The position numbers were made by a program, and so were the translations under genes. Shown piece after piece: positions 10,530-19,904 of a DNA stretch of 64,000 bases; positions within the stretch are counted from its first letter, which is position 1, and the number at the start of each line of letters is the position of its first letter. The DNA comes from an uncultured Chloroflexia bacterium (GTDB lineage Bacteria > Chloroflexota > Limnocylindria > Limnocylindrales > CSP1-4). A model generated the notes under the pieces. That model did not search any database, had not been told where the DNA came from, and saw only the letters and a program-made list of their open reading frames with translations. The stretch lies in NCBI GenBank assembly GCA_963841135.1, contig CAWJBJ010000004.1:829165-893164 (forward strand). Direction: 5' to 3'.

Positions 10530-10576
10530 AGTCCACTAGTCCAAGTACCTTGAATTTGGCCTAGTCAACTATAACA
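10516..10576. promoter_or_regulatory. putative GntR operator(s): GTCAGTTGAC near-palindrome overlapping the gntR start codon, plus AGTCAACTATAAC and TAGTCCACTAGTCC repeats
   Basis: GT-Nx-AC-type dyads in the only AT-rich stretch (10.5-10.6 kb) of the region. Confidence 0.4.
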
Positions 10577-10593
10577 ACCAAGGTGTCACTGAA

Positions 10594-10728
10594 ATGCCCG
10601 CACTCATCATCGTCGGCCTGATCGCCGCATTCGCCGCCCTCGGACTGGTCGCCTCCCGCTGGGGCGTGGACAGTCGCGAGAACTTCTCCGACGCGTACCG
10701 GACCGTGGGGCCGATCGGCTTCCACTGA
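10594..10728 (+). CDS. possible 44-aa small hydrophobic protein
   Basis: MPALIIVGLIAAFAALGLVASRWGVDSRENFSDAYRTVGPIGFH has one TM helix. It sits in an unusually AT-rich intergenic island and is not in the ORF table (<60 aa). No clear Shine-Dalgarno. Confidence 0.3.
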   Translation: MPALIIVGLIAAFAALGLVASRWGVDSRENFSDAYRTVGPIGFH

Positions 10729-10801
10729 TCGTCTCCCGACGCTCGTTTCACTCGTCAGCCCGTGGCGCGCAGGCCACGGGCTGACGGATTCTACGGGCGG
10801 A

Positions 10802-12143
10802 TCAGGCGACGGCGCGGGTCAGCACGGCCCGCAGGTCCTCCGCGAGCCGATCGGCGAGGTGCCCATCCGAGAGCCCATCGACGAGCCGGGCGGCATGGGT
10901 CGCGGCCCGGATCACGAGTGCCGTCTCGAGCCGCTCGGGTGACTCCCAGAACCATCCGCAGCTCGCGTACATCGCCAGTCGCCAGCGCTGGGCCGCCATC
11001 AGCGTAAGGAGCCGTTCCGCCGCGTCCGGACCGGCGCCGGCTCCCAGCCACCCGGCGGCGAACGCCGCGCCGTCCGTCGCCTGCACCACGACATCGACGT
11101 AGGCGTCACGCGCCGCCCACGGGTCGGGCGAGCCCGGCAAGGTCCGGGCGATCGCCTCGGTCTGCGCGTCGATCCCCTCGGCGAGCCGGTCGAAGGCGGC
11201 ACGCAGCGGTCCCTTCCACGCGCCGTCGGGCACGCAGTCGCAGGCCTCGTGCCAGCGGGCGACTCCGTGGTGGCAGCTCCACGAGGTCCGCTCCATCAGC
11301 GCCGCCGTCCGGATCGGACGCTCGCCGGGAGGGCTCACGACGTCGGCGAGCGTCGCGACCTCGTAGCCGAGGTCGGCGTCACCGACGAGCCGGGCGAGGA
11401 ACAGGTCGCGGAACGGCTGATGGTGGCCATAGAGCTCGCCGTCGGTCGCGATCAGGGCGAACGGCGTCTCGCCGTCGTCGCGCTCTGCCCAGTCCAGGCG
11501 CGGTCCGACCCGTTCCCAGACGAACCGGTCCGCGTCGCGGGTCGCGTCGGGCTCGAACGAGACCGAGGTCGACAGTCCGGCATCGTAGGCGGCGACGACC
11601 ATCGAGCGCCCGTCGCCGAGCTCGACCCGGTGCGGGCGTCGCGTGTCGAGGTCCGGCGCGGCAAGCTGCCACGGCGCGAGGATCGTGTGCGTGACGCCTG
11701 CGTCGGCCAGGAGCCGAAGCGTCTCGAGATCGACCGCGGTCTCGGGCAACCAGGCACCAGCCGGTCGGCGGCCGAACCGCAGCTCGAAGTCGCGGAGGCC
11801 CCAGCGGATCTCGGTCCTGCGGTCCGCCGACGACGCCAGGGGCAGGATCGTGTGGTGGAAGGGCTGCGCCATCCCGTGCACGCCGGCATCGCCCGACACG
11901 AACCCGCGGTACGCCACGGGATCGCCGGCCTCCAGCCAGCCGGCGAGGGTCGGCCCCAGGTCCCAGGAGATCCGCGCCGAGGTTCCCGAGCTCGGCGTTG
12001 GGGCGGTAGCAGTCGGCCGCGATCCGGCTGTTCCAGTCGCGGGCCGGGGCGGCGGACGGTTCGGGCGGGAACAGCCCGGTCGCCGGATCGAGCCGCGGCG
12101 GCTGGTAGAAGTGGCCGTGGATCACGAGGCGCGGCCGGCTCAT
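10802..12143 (-). CDS. GH57 family glycoside hydrolase (second, distinct GH57 paralog) with an apparent 1-nt frameshift
   Basis: The ATG at 12143 overlaps the stop of the upstream GH57 (ATGA). The N-terminus MSRPRLVIHGHFYQPPRL carries the GH57 HxHQP signature. The frame is then lost between about 11960 and 12120. Continuation in the +1 frame (ISWDLGPTLAGWLE...VHGMAQPFHHTILPLA...) is GH57-like and runs to 10802. Confidence 0.6.
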
Positions 12144-14304
12144 GCGGCGGTCGCCCGGTCGCGGTCCGCGGTCACCGCGTTGGCGATGACGGCCGACCAC
12201 GTCGCCCCAGCGTCCAGGGCGATCGGCCACGACAGCAGCAGGCCGCTGCCCTGGTACACGCGCTCGAACCCCTCCTCGGAGTTCGAGATGGTCTCGACCG
12301 GTGCCCACCAGGCCTCGGCCGGCGGCGTCACGGTCGTCGTGATCGCGAGGCCGATCCAGTCGTTGCCCTGGGCCAGTCGCCCGATCCGCTCGGCGCGACC
12401 GCTGGAGTCGTGGCCCGTGCGCGCGCCGGCGATGTCCCACCAGGCCGATGGGTTTCCGCCGCCGCCGAGCATCATCGTCGTCCACTCGATCCCGAGCCGC
12501 GCGTCGATCCGCGTCGTACCCGTGTTCTCGAGCTCGATCGACAGCTCGAGCGTCGGGTCGAGGCGGCCGCCACCGAGCCGGAGGTGCTTCGTGACGCGGA
12601 CCGGCGTCGGGGCACCGCCGGCCGAGACCGTCGCGTCGCGGTGGACGACGAGGTGCCCGGGCGTCAGCGTCACGACCTCGAAGGCGCCGTCGACCGCGTC
12701 GCCGAGCTCGGTGACCGACGCATCGGCCCAGCCGGTTGGCTCTGCGTCGAGCGCGAGGAACCGGACCAGGCCGCTCCGACGCTCGTACGGGTCGTAGGCG
12801 AGCCGGGCCGCGAGCCCCGTCTCCTTCATCAGGACCGTGTCGTGGATCGAGGCAGGGGCCGCCTCGCGGGATTCGGCGTGGGCCTCGGACGCGCTCGTCG
12901 CCCCGGACGCGAGCCGCGCATCGGCGGCCCGGAGGACGTCGTGGTACGCCTCCCGCCGGCGACGAAGCACAGCCGTCACGGCATGACGGACCGGCCGGAT
13001 GTCCCAGCTGCCGATGCCGGCGCCGCCCTCGAGGTCCACCGTCACGACCTGTCCGGCGGTGGCGAGCCGGACCTCGTCGATGCCGTCCATGTCGATGTCG
13101 AGCCGCTCGGTCGATTCGAGGCCGCCCTGCTCGGCGTCCGCGAGGTCCTCGGCCGCGATGAGGTGCTCGAACGTCGCAAGGCGCATGTGGCCGATGTAGA
13201 TCCCCCCGAAGAGGCCGTGCCAGTAGCAATCGTTCGACTGGCCCTGGTAGAGGTGGTCGAGCGCGCGGTCCCGCGCGGGGCCGGGACGCATCGCCTCCAC
13301 CTTGTCGGAGGTTCGCAGCATCTGCTTGTGCAGCTCGTTGATCTCGCGGTACTTGACCTGGAAGTTCCGCCAGAAGGCGCCGCGCAGCCAGCGCGCCTCG
13401 GGGCGACCGGCGGCCCGAGCCCCGGCGAGGACGCTGGCGAAGACCTGGCTCTCGCCCGCGGGCAGGGCCCACTCGCCCATCTCGGCATACGAGCCGGTCG
13501 GCACGTACACGCGCCCGATCGGCTCGTGTTCGCTGAGCCAGGCCGACGGCGTGACGGTGGTGAGCCAGTCCCGGTTCGCCTCGAGCGCCTCGAAGAACCG
13601 GTCTACCCAGCGACCCTCGCCCCAGCAGTGCTTCCAGGTCTTCGGCCAGGCCCCGAACTTCTCGCCGTCGTCGCCCATCATCCCCACCCGCGGCCGGTCG
13701 TCGGTCGCGTGCTCGCGGAGGTAGCCGATGACCTCGTCGACCTCGCGGAAGGGGATCCGGTAGCGCAGGCCCTGCTCGGTGCCGAACACGCGCAGCAGCC
13801 GGCCCTGGTCCTCGGTCGTGTACGGCCCCCAGAGCGCCTCCTCGGGGATGGCCGCGGACCGGAAGTGGGCGTCGTCGAGGATCGTCCACGCATATCCGCC
13901 GGCCACCAGCGACGTCGGCAGGTCCGGCTCCCAGACGCGTTCGGCCAGCCAGGCGCCCTGGGGCCGGCGTCCGAAGAGCGCCTCGAGCTCGTCGCTCATC
14001 CGGCGAAGCTGGCCGATCCGGTCGCGCTCGGGCAGCGACGTGAGCACCGGCTCGTAGTGGCCGCCGCCCATGACCTCGACCTGGTCCCGAGCGACGAGCG
14101 CGCGCAGCCGCTCGATGAACTCGGGTCGCTCGTGCTGGAGCCATCCGAGCAGCGGCCCCGAGTAGTGCAGGGCGAGGCGGACGCCGGGGTGTCGCTCCAG
14201 CGCCTCGAGCATGGGCCGGTAGGCGAGGTCGAACACCTCGGCGAAGACCCACCCGAAGTTGCCGACCGGCTGGTGGTTATGGATCGCCAGGGAGAGGGCG
14301 ATGC
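12140..14304 (-). CDS. GH57 family alpha-amylase/4-alpha-glucanotransferase-like enzyme
   Basis: The GTG start gives VAPRIALSLAIHNHQPVGNFGWVFAEVFDLAYRPMLEALERHPGVRLALHYSGPLLGWL..., strongly similar to Thermococcus-type GH57 4-alpha-glucanotransferase/amylopullulanase N-domains, with a DUF1926-like C-terminal region. 721 aa. Confidence 0.8.
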
Positions 14305-14322
14305 GCGGGGCCACGGGGGCGG

Positions 14323-16503
14323 TCAGCCGGCCTCGGTCACGGCCGGCGTCGCAACAGGCTCCTGGACGGTCACGCCGGCGGCCGGCAGGTAGAGCTGCTC
14401 GGTGTACTCGTGGAGCATCCGCGTGGTCGAGAACCGCCACAGGGCGGTGGCCATCGCGCGGCGCATGATGCCGACCCAGCCGGCCGGCACGCCGCCCTGG
14501 TCGCGCTCGTAGTACGTCGGGATGATCTCCTCCTCGAGGATCCGGTACAGGTCCTGGGCGTCCGACCAGTCCTGGGCGACCTCATCGGGGTTCATGTCAC
14601 GGCCGCCGATCGCCCAGCCGTTGTCGCCGGTGTAGCCCTCGTCCCACCAGCCGTCGAGCACGCTGACGTTCGGGACGCCGTTCTGCGCCGCCTTCATGCC
14701 CGACGTCCCCGAGGCCTCCAGCGGCCGGCGCGGGTTGTTGAGCCAGACGTCCGTGCCCTGCACGAGGAATCGGGCGACCTGCATGTCGTAGTCCTCGAGG
14801 ACGAACACGCGGCCGCGCAGCCCCGGTGAGCGGGACAGCTGGAAGATCTCCTGGATGACCTTCTGACCGGGACGGTCGGCCGGGTGGGCCTTGCCCGCGA
14901 ACACGATCTGGATCGGTCGCGTGGCGTCGCGCAGCATCTTCTCGAGGCGCTCGAGGTCGGTGAACAGCAGGCCCGCCCGCTTGTAGGTCGCGAAGCGGCG
15001 GGCGAACCCGACGGTGAGGATCGCCGGGTCCAGGGCCGTCTCGAGCTCCGCGAGGACCGACGGCGCCTCGCCGTGGCGCGCGAACTGGCTGCGCAGGCGG
15101 GTCTGGGCGAAGTGGGCCAGCTCGCGCTTCTGTCGAAGGTGCGCTTCCCAGAGGTCGCGTGCCGGGATCCGCTCCATTCGCTCCCAGAAGCGATCCTGCC
15201 GGGTGCTCGCCTCCAGGTCCTCCAGGTTGGCGTCGAGATATCGCGCCAGCAGGTCCTTGATGGGGGCGCCGACCCAGCTCGGTCCGTGGACGCCGTTGGT
15301 GATGCCGAGGATGTCGTGGTCGGTGATGCCCTGCCACGTGGCGTTCGCGGTCTCGGCGTGGAGCAGGCTGACGGCGTTGGCGCCGTTCGTGAGCCGCAGG
15401 GAGAACGCCGTCATGTCGAACTGGCCGACGTCGCCGTCCATCCCGATGCCGAGCTCGAGGACGCGGGCGATCGGCACGCCACCCCGATCGAGCAGGGGAC
15501 CGGCGACGCTCCGAACCAGTTCGGCGTCGAACCGCTCGTTGCCGGCGGAGACCGGCGTATGGATCGTGAAGACGCTGTCGCGTCGGACCGCGGCCCAGGC
15601 GTCGTCGAGCTTCGCGCCGGTCGCCACGAGCTCGCGGGCGCGCTCCGCGAGCAGGAACGCCGAGTGGCCCTCGTTGAGGTGCCAGACGGCCGGAGCGAGA
15701 CCGAGGGCCCGGATCGCCCGGACGCCGCCGACCCCGAGCACGAGCTCCTGGTGCAACCGCATCTCGCGACCGCGGACGTAGAGGATGTTCGTGATCGGGC
15801 GGTCCTGCTCCGGGTTCTGCGGCAGGTCGGTATCGAGCAGCAGGACCGGCACACGACCCACCTGCGCGAGCCACACGGCAACCACGAGGCTGCGATCCGG
15901 GAGCTCGACCGTGACCGTCAGCGGCAGGCCGTTCTGGTCCTGGACGTGGCTGAGAGGCAGGCGCGCCATGTCGTAGTCGGGGTAGGCGTGCTCCTGGTGG
16001 CCGTCCGCATCGATCGACTGGCGGAAGTAGCCCTTGCGATAGAGGAGCCCGACGCCGAGCGCCGGCAGGGCCATGTCGCTCGCGGCTTTCATGTGGTCGC
16101 CGGCCAGCACGCCCAGGCCGCCCGAGTAGATCCCGAGCGACTCGTGGAGTCCGTACTCCGCGCAGAAGTAGGCGATCGGTCCGCTCAGCGTCCCGCCGTA
16201 CTTGCGCCGGAACCAGTGGTCGGAGCCATTGGCCATGTACTGGTCGAACTCGCCGAGCACGTCGTGGTACTCGGCGAGGAACTTGGAGTCGTCGAGGAGG
16301 CGGGACCAGTCGGTCGAGCCGCTGATGACCGAGATCGGGTTGCGGTAGCGGGTCCAGGCCGTCCGGTCGATCAGGCTCCACAGGCCGCGGGTGCGCGGGT
16401 GCCAGGCCCAGGCGAGGTTGTAGGCGAGCCGCCGAAGACCCTCCAGTCTCGGCGGAAGCGGGAACGTCGCTGCGGGGATCGCCGGGACACGGACGGGCTC
16501 CAT
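14323..16503 (-). CDS. glgP: alpha-glucan (glycogen) phosphorylase, GlgP family (GT35)
   Basis: MEPVRVPAIPAATFPLPPRLEGLRRLAYNLAWAWHP...AYFCAEYGLHESLGIYSGGLGVLAGDHMKAASDMALP...NEGHSAF... matches the actinobacterial alpha-glucan phosphorylase family throughout 727 aa. Confidence 0.85.
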   Translation of the reverse strand: MEPVRVPAIPAATFPLPPRLEGLRRLAYNLAWAWHPRTRGLWSLIDRTAWTRYRNPISVISGSTDWSRLLDDSKFLAEYHDVLGEFDQYMANGSDHWFRRKYGGTLSGPIAYFCAEYGLHESLGIYSGGLGVLAGDHMKAASDMALPALGVGLLYRKGYFRQSIDADGHQEHAYPDYDMARLPLSHVQDQNGLPLTVTVELPDRSLVVAVWLAQVGRVPVLLLDTDLPQNPEQDRPITNILYVRGREMRLHQELVLGVGGVRAIRALGLAPAVWHLNEGHSAFLLAERARELVATGAKLDDAWAAVRRDSVFTIHTPVSAGNERFDAELVRSVAGPLLDRGGVPIARVLELGIGMDGDVGQFDMTAFSLRLTNGANAVSLLHAETANATWQGITDHDILGITNGVHGPSWVGAPIKDLLARYLDANLEDLEASTRQDRFWERMERIPARDLWEAHLRQKRELAHFAQTRLRSQFARHGEAPSVLAELETALDPAILTVGFARRFATYKRAGLLFTDLERLEKMLRDATRPIQIVFAGKAHPADRPGQKVIQEIFQLSRSPGLRGRVFVLEDYDMQVARFLVQGTDVWLNNPRRPLEASGTSGMKAAQNGVPNVSVLDGWWDEGYTGDNGWAIGGRDMNPDEVAQDWSDAQDLYRILEEEIIPTYYERDQGGVPAGWVGIMRRAMATALWRFSTTRMLHEYTEQLYLPAAGVTVQEPVATPAVTEAG

Positions 16504-16603
16504 GGGCGGGGATGATACCCGCTCACGCCCGGACGTGAACCGGTTTAGTAGCGCCGGTTGCGAGTGCATCCGGCCTCGTGCCGGTCGTTACGATGTCCCG
16601 GTC

Positions 16604-18099
16604 ATGCCGTTGCGCGTCGCGTTCCTTGCCGCGGAATGTGAGCCGTGGGCCAAGACCGGCGGTCTGGCCGACGTGGTCGATGCGCTCGCTCGCGCACTCG
16701 GGCAGCTGCCCGCCGGAGCCGTCGCCGCGCCGGTCGACGTCTACCTGCCGCGCTACCGGACCGTGCCGGCACCCGACCCGGCGGCGGTCCTGGGCGAGAC
16801 CGTCGTCCGCGTCCCGGACCCGAAGGCGCGGACCGGCACCTCGGATGTGACGGTCGTGGACGTCGCGGCGAACGGGTATCGCTTGCGCCTCATCGACTGC
16901 CCGCCCGCGTTCGACCGCGAGGGGCTGTACGGCGATGCCGAAGGCGACTACCCGGACAACGCCTGGCGGTTCGGGCTGTTCTGCCGGGCGGCGCTCGAGG
17001 CGATCCGGACGGACGCGCTGCCGGTCGACGTGCTGCACCTGCACGACTGGCACACGGGTCCGGCGGCCGTGTTCCGCGACGCGCGATACGCGGACGACCC
17101 GATCGTGGGGCCGGCGGCGATCCTCCTGACGCTGCACAACCTCGCCTACCACGGCTGGGTGCCGCCGGACCATCTCCGCGAGCTCGGGCTGCGCCCGGGC
17201 GACGGGGTCCTCCCCGCCGGACGCCGATGGGCTCGACCTCCTCGCGACGGGGATCGAGCGCGCCGAGCTGTCGAACACGGTCTCGCCGACCTTCGCCGCC
17301 GAGGCGCTCACGCCGGCGTTCGGGATGGGCGTCGACGGGCTGCTCCGGTCGAAGGGCGACCGGTTCTTCGGCATCCTGAACGGCCTCGACACGACGGTCT
17401 GGGACCCGGCGGCCGATGGCGACATCGCGGCCGCGTACTCAAGTGCGGACCTGACCGGCAAGGCCGCCTGTCGGGCCGACCTGCTCGAGCGGGTCGGCTT
17501 CGATCCTGACGAGCCCGGCATGGTGTTCGGGATGATCGGCCGGCTGGATCCGCAGAAGGGGTTCGATCTCGTGGCGGGGGCGGCGCCGGCGATGCTCGAG
17601 CGCGGCGGGCGGATCGTCGTACAGGGGAGCGGCCATCCGGACCTGGCCGAGCCGTTCCGTCGGCTCGCCGCGGCAAAGCCGGACCGGGTCGCACTCGTCG
17701 AGCGGTTCGATCGGGTCATGGCCCGGCGGATCTACGCCGGCGCCGACGCGTTCCTCATGCCCTCGCGGTTCGAGCCCTGCGGGCAGGGTCAGATGATCGC
17801 GCTGCGCTACGGGACGCCGCCCGTCGTCCACCGGACCGGCGGCCTGGCCGATACGGTCGTCGACGTGACGAGGGACGCGGCCGCCGGGACCGGGTTCGTG
17901 TTCGAGAAGCCGACCCCGGCGGCGCTGGCCGAGGCCTGCGACCGCGGCGATGACGATGCGCGCCGCCGGCGGCCGTCCGTGGGCCGACCTGCTGGATCGT
18001 GGCATGGCCGTCGACTTCGACTGGGTCACGGGCTCCGCGCCACGCTACGTCGAGGCGTACCGGCGCGCGGTCGCGATCCGCGCCGCGACGGTCCGCTGA
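16604..18099 (+). CDS. glgA: glycogen synthase / alpha-1,4-glucosyltransferase (GT5, GlgA-like) with two apparent frameshifts
   Basis: N-terminus MPLRVAFLAAECEPWAKTGGLADVV (KTGGL motif). Frame lost near 17210, resuming as ...DLLATGIERAELSNTVSPTFAAEALTPAFGMGVDGLLR...GILNGLD...RFEPCGQGQMIALRYGTPPVVHRTGGLADTV. A second shift near 17965 precedes the true C-terminus ...WADLLDRGMAVDFDWVTGSAPRYVEAYRRAVAIRAATVR*. Confidence 0.7.
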
Positions 18100-18123
18100 G
18101 CGGAACGTCGCTCGCAGTCGGGG

Positions 18124-18939
18124 TCAGCTCGCGTCGAGCGCCTGGCGAAGCGCGGCGATCAGCGCTTCTGGGTGCGTCGGCTGCGGGGAGTGCGGGGCGC
18201 CCGGGATCGAGATGACGTGGTCGGCGCCGAAACGGTCCGCGAACGCGGCAGCCACCGCGTCGGGCGTGTGTCCGCCGGCCGCCGGATCGCCGCGGACGAC
18301 CCAGACATCGAGCCCGGCCGCCGCCGGACCCGCTAGTGCCGACAGGCCGGAGTCCCAATCGCCGTTCTCGAAGAGGACCACCTGAGCCGCCTCGAGGTCG
18401 GCGCCGAGAGCCGCCTCGACGGCCGCGTCGAGGTCGCCCTCCGGCCAGCCCGGGTGTTCCGCGACGACGGCCGCGCGGGCCGCCTCGGCACTGGACGACG
18501 GAGCCGGATGCGCCGCCATCGCCTCGGCGACGATCTGCGAGAGCGGGAGCGACGGCGGGTCGAGCAGGACCAGCCGCGCCGGTCGGATGCCGGCAGCCGG
18601 CAGACCAACGGAGACCATGGCGCCCCAGCTGTGCGCGACGATCTGGAGATCGGCGTCGGCGAGCCCGGCCAGCCGGATGAACTCGGCTAAGTCCTCCGCG
18701 GTCTGCTGGAAGCTCGAGCGTCCGGTCCAGTGCCCGGTCCGACCGTGCCCAGGCAGGTCCACGGCGACGACCCGCCGGCCCTTCTCCGCGAGGGCCGGCC
18801 CGACGCGCCACCAGCCGGCCGCCGACGCAGTCACGCCGTGGACCAGGAGGAGCGGGCGATCGGCCGGGTCGCCCCACGCGATGGCCGAGAACGGGATGCC
18901 CGCGGCGACCACGGTGAGGCGGCTGCCGGCATCATCCAT
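18124..18939 (-). CDS. alpha/beta hydrolase fold protein
   Basis: HGVTASAAGWW...VAVDLPGHGRTG...AHSWGAMV (GxSxG nucleophile elbow). Confidence 0.75.
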   Translation of the reverse strand: MDDAGSRLTVVAAGIPFSAIAWGDPADRPLLLVHGVTASAAGWWRVGPALAEKGRRVVAVDLPGHGRTGHWTGRSSFQQTAEDLAEFIRLAGLADADLQIVAHSWGAMVSVGLPAAGIRPARLVLLDPPSLPLSQIVAEAMAAHPAPSSSAEAARAAVVAEHPGWPEGDLDAAVEAALGADLEAAQVVLFENGDWDSGLSALAGPAAAGLDVWVVRGDPAAGGHTPDAVAAAFADRFGADHVISIPGAPHSPQPTHPEALIAALRQALDAS

Positions 18940-19009
18940 CGAGGGGCGACGCTATCACAGCCGTGGTCGCTAGAATCACAGGCGTCCCAGTCGTCCGCCG
19001 GAGGATCCG

Positions 19010-19399
19010 ATGGCCAACCAGTTCGTGGTCCAGCTGAAGAACGAGCCCGGTGCGATGGCGAGCCTCGCGGAGGCGCTTGCGGCCCGCGGCATCGACCTGC
19101 GCGCCATCGGCGGCGGCAGCATGGGCGACTCCGGCCACGTGATCATGACGACGGCCGACGACGCTGCGACGAAGGCCGTCCTCGATGACGGCGGCTACAC
19201 GTACATCGAGGGCGAGTCGATCCTGACCGAGGTCGACGACCGTCCGGGCGGCATGGCTCGCCTCTCGCGGGCCCTGGCCGATGCGGGCGTCAACATCTAC
19301 GGGCACCTGTTCCTCGGGCGGTGGGGCGACCGTGCGATGTTCGCGTTCGTGGTCGACAAGCCCGACATCGCGCGCCCGATCCTCGAGCGCAAGGGCTGA
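19010..19399 (+). CDS. ACT domain-containing protein
   Basis: 129 aa with tandem ACT-like beta-alpha-beta-beta-alpha-beta segments (VVQLKNEPGAMASLAEALAARGIDLRAIGGG...; DDRPGGMARLSRALADAGVNIYG). Confidence 0.65.
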   Translation: MANQFVVQLKNEPGAMASLAEALAARGIDLRAIGGGSMGDSGHVIMTTADDAATKAVLDDGGYTYIEGESILTEVDDRPGGMARLSRALADAGVNIYGHLFLGRWGDRAMFAFVVDKPDIARPILERKG

Positions 19400-19904
19400 T
19401 CCGGGCACGGCCCCGGCGCCCCGCGCCGCGCAGCAGCGGCGCCCCACAGGCGCAACGTCGCGCTCAGCTCTCAGCCGACTGGTATCGGACTCCGGCGCAA
19501 ATGTGCGTTCCGCTCATCCATGGGGCGACTGGTACGTAGGCGTGAACGTTCCGGCTCATGTCACTCAGCCGTGGGACGATTGACGCGGAGGCATTCGGCC
19601 ACTCTGGTCGCCCGATCCGCGCGAGGCCTGCACATACCAGTCGTGTGAGGGATGAGTGCGAGGCACGACCCGCAGTACGCCCGGTACCAGTCGTGTGGGG
19701 AAGAGCGCGACGCGCGGGCCACATGGCGCGCAGGACCATCGAGTAACCACCTTCTGGTCCCATATCGGGTATGCTGGGCGCCTTCGTGCTCGATGGGCGC
19801 TCCGGTCGGCGCCCCGGTCTCAAACCGTCGATCCCGATCCACCAACGCCCTGACCGGGCCCCGCCAGCGTGCGGGAGGGCCCATTCGTCAGGAGCGTCTC
19901 CTCC
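19400..19904 (+). promoter_or_regulatory. long structured 5' leader of the DEAD-box helicase gene (repeat-containing)
   Basis: About 500 nt with no credible ORF. GACTGGTA occurs twice (about 19477 and 19527). Its complement TACCAGTC occurs twice inside a roughly 34-nt imperfect direct repeat (about 19635 and 19685). Confidence 0.45.

Noticed and set aside
11249-14392. 1047-aa plus-strand ORF and 957-aa minus-strand ORF (11379..14252)
   Set aside because: Both overlap the two GH57 genes in the wrong strand or frame. They show only low-complexity R/G/P/A composition. The 957-aa ORF coincides with the true GH57-2 frame only at its 3' end.
14597-16515. 594-aa minus-strand and 543-aa plus-strand ORFs over glgP
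   Set aside because: These are alternate-frame or antisense products of the GlgP gene with no domain signal.
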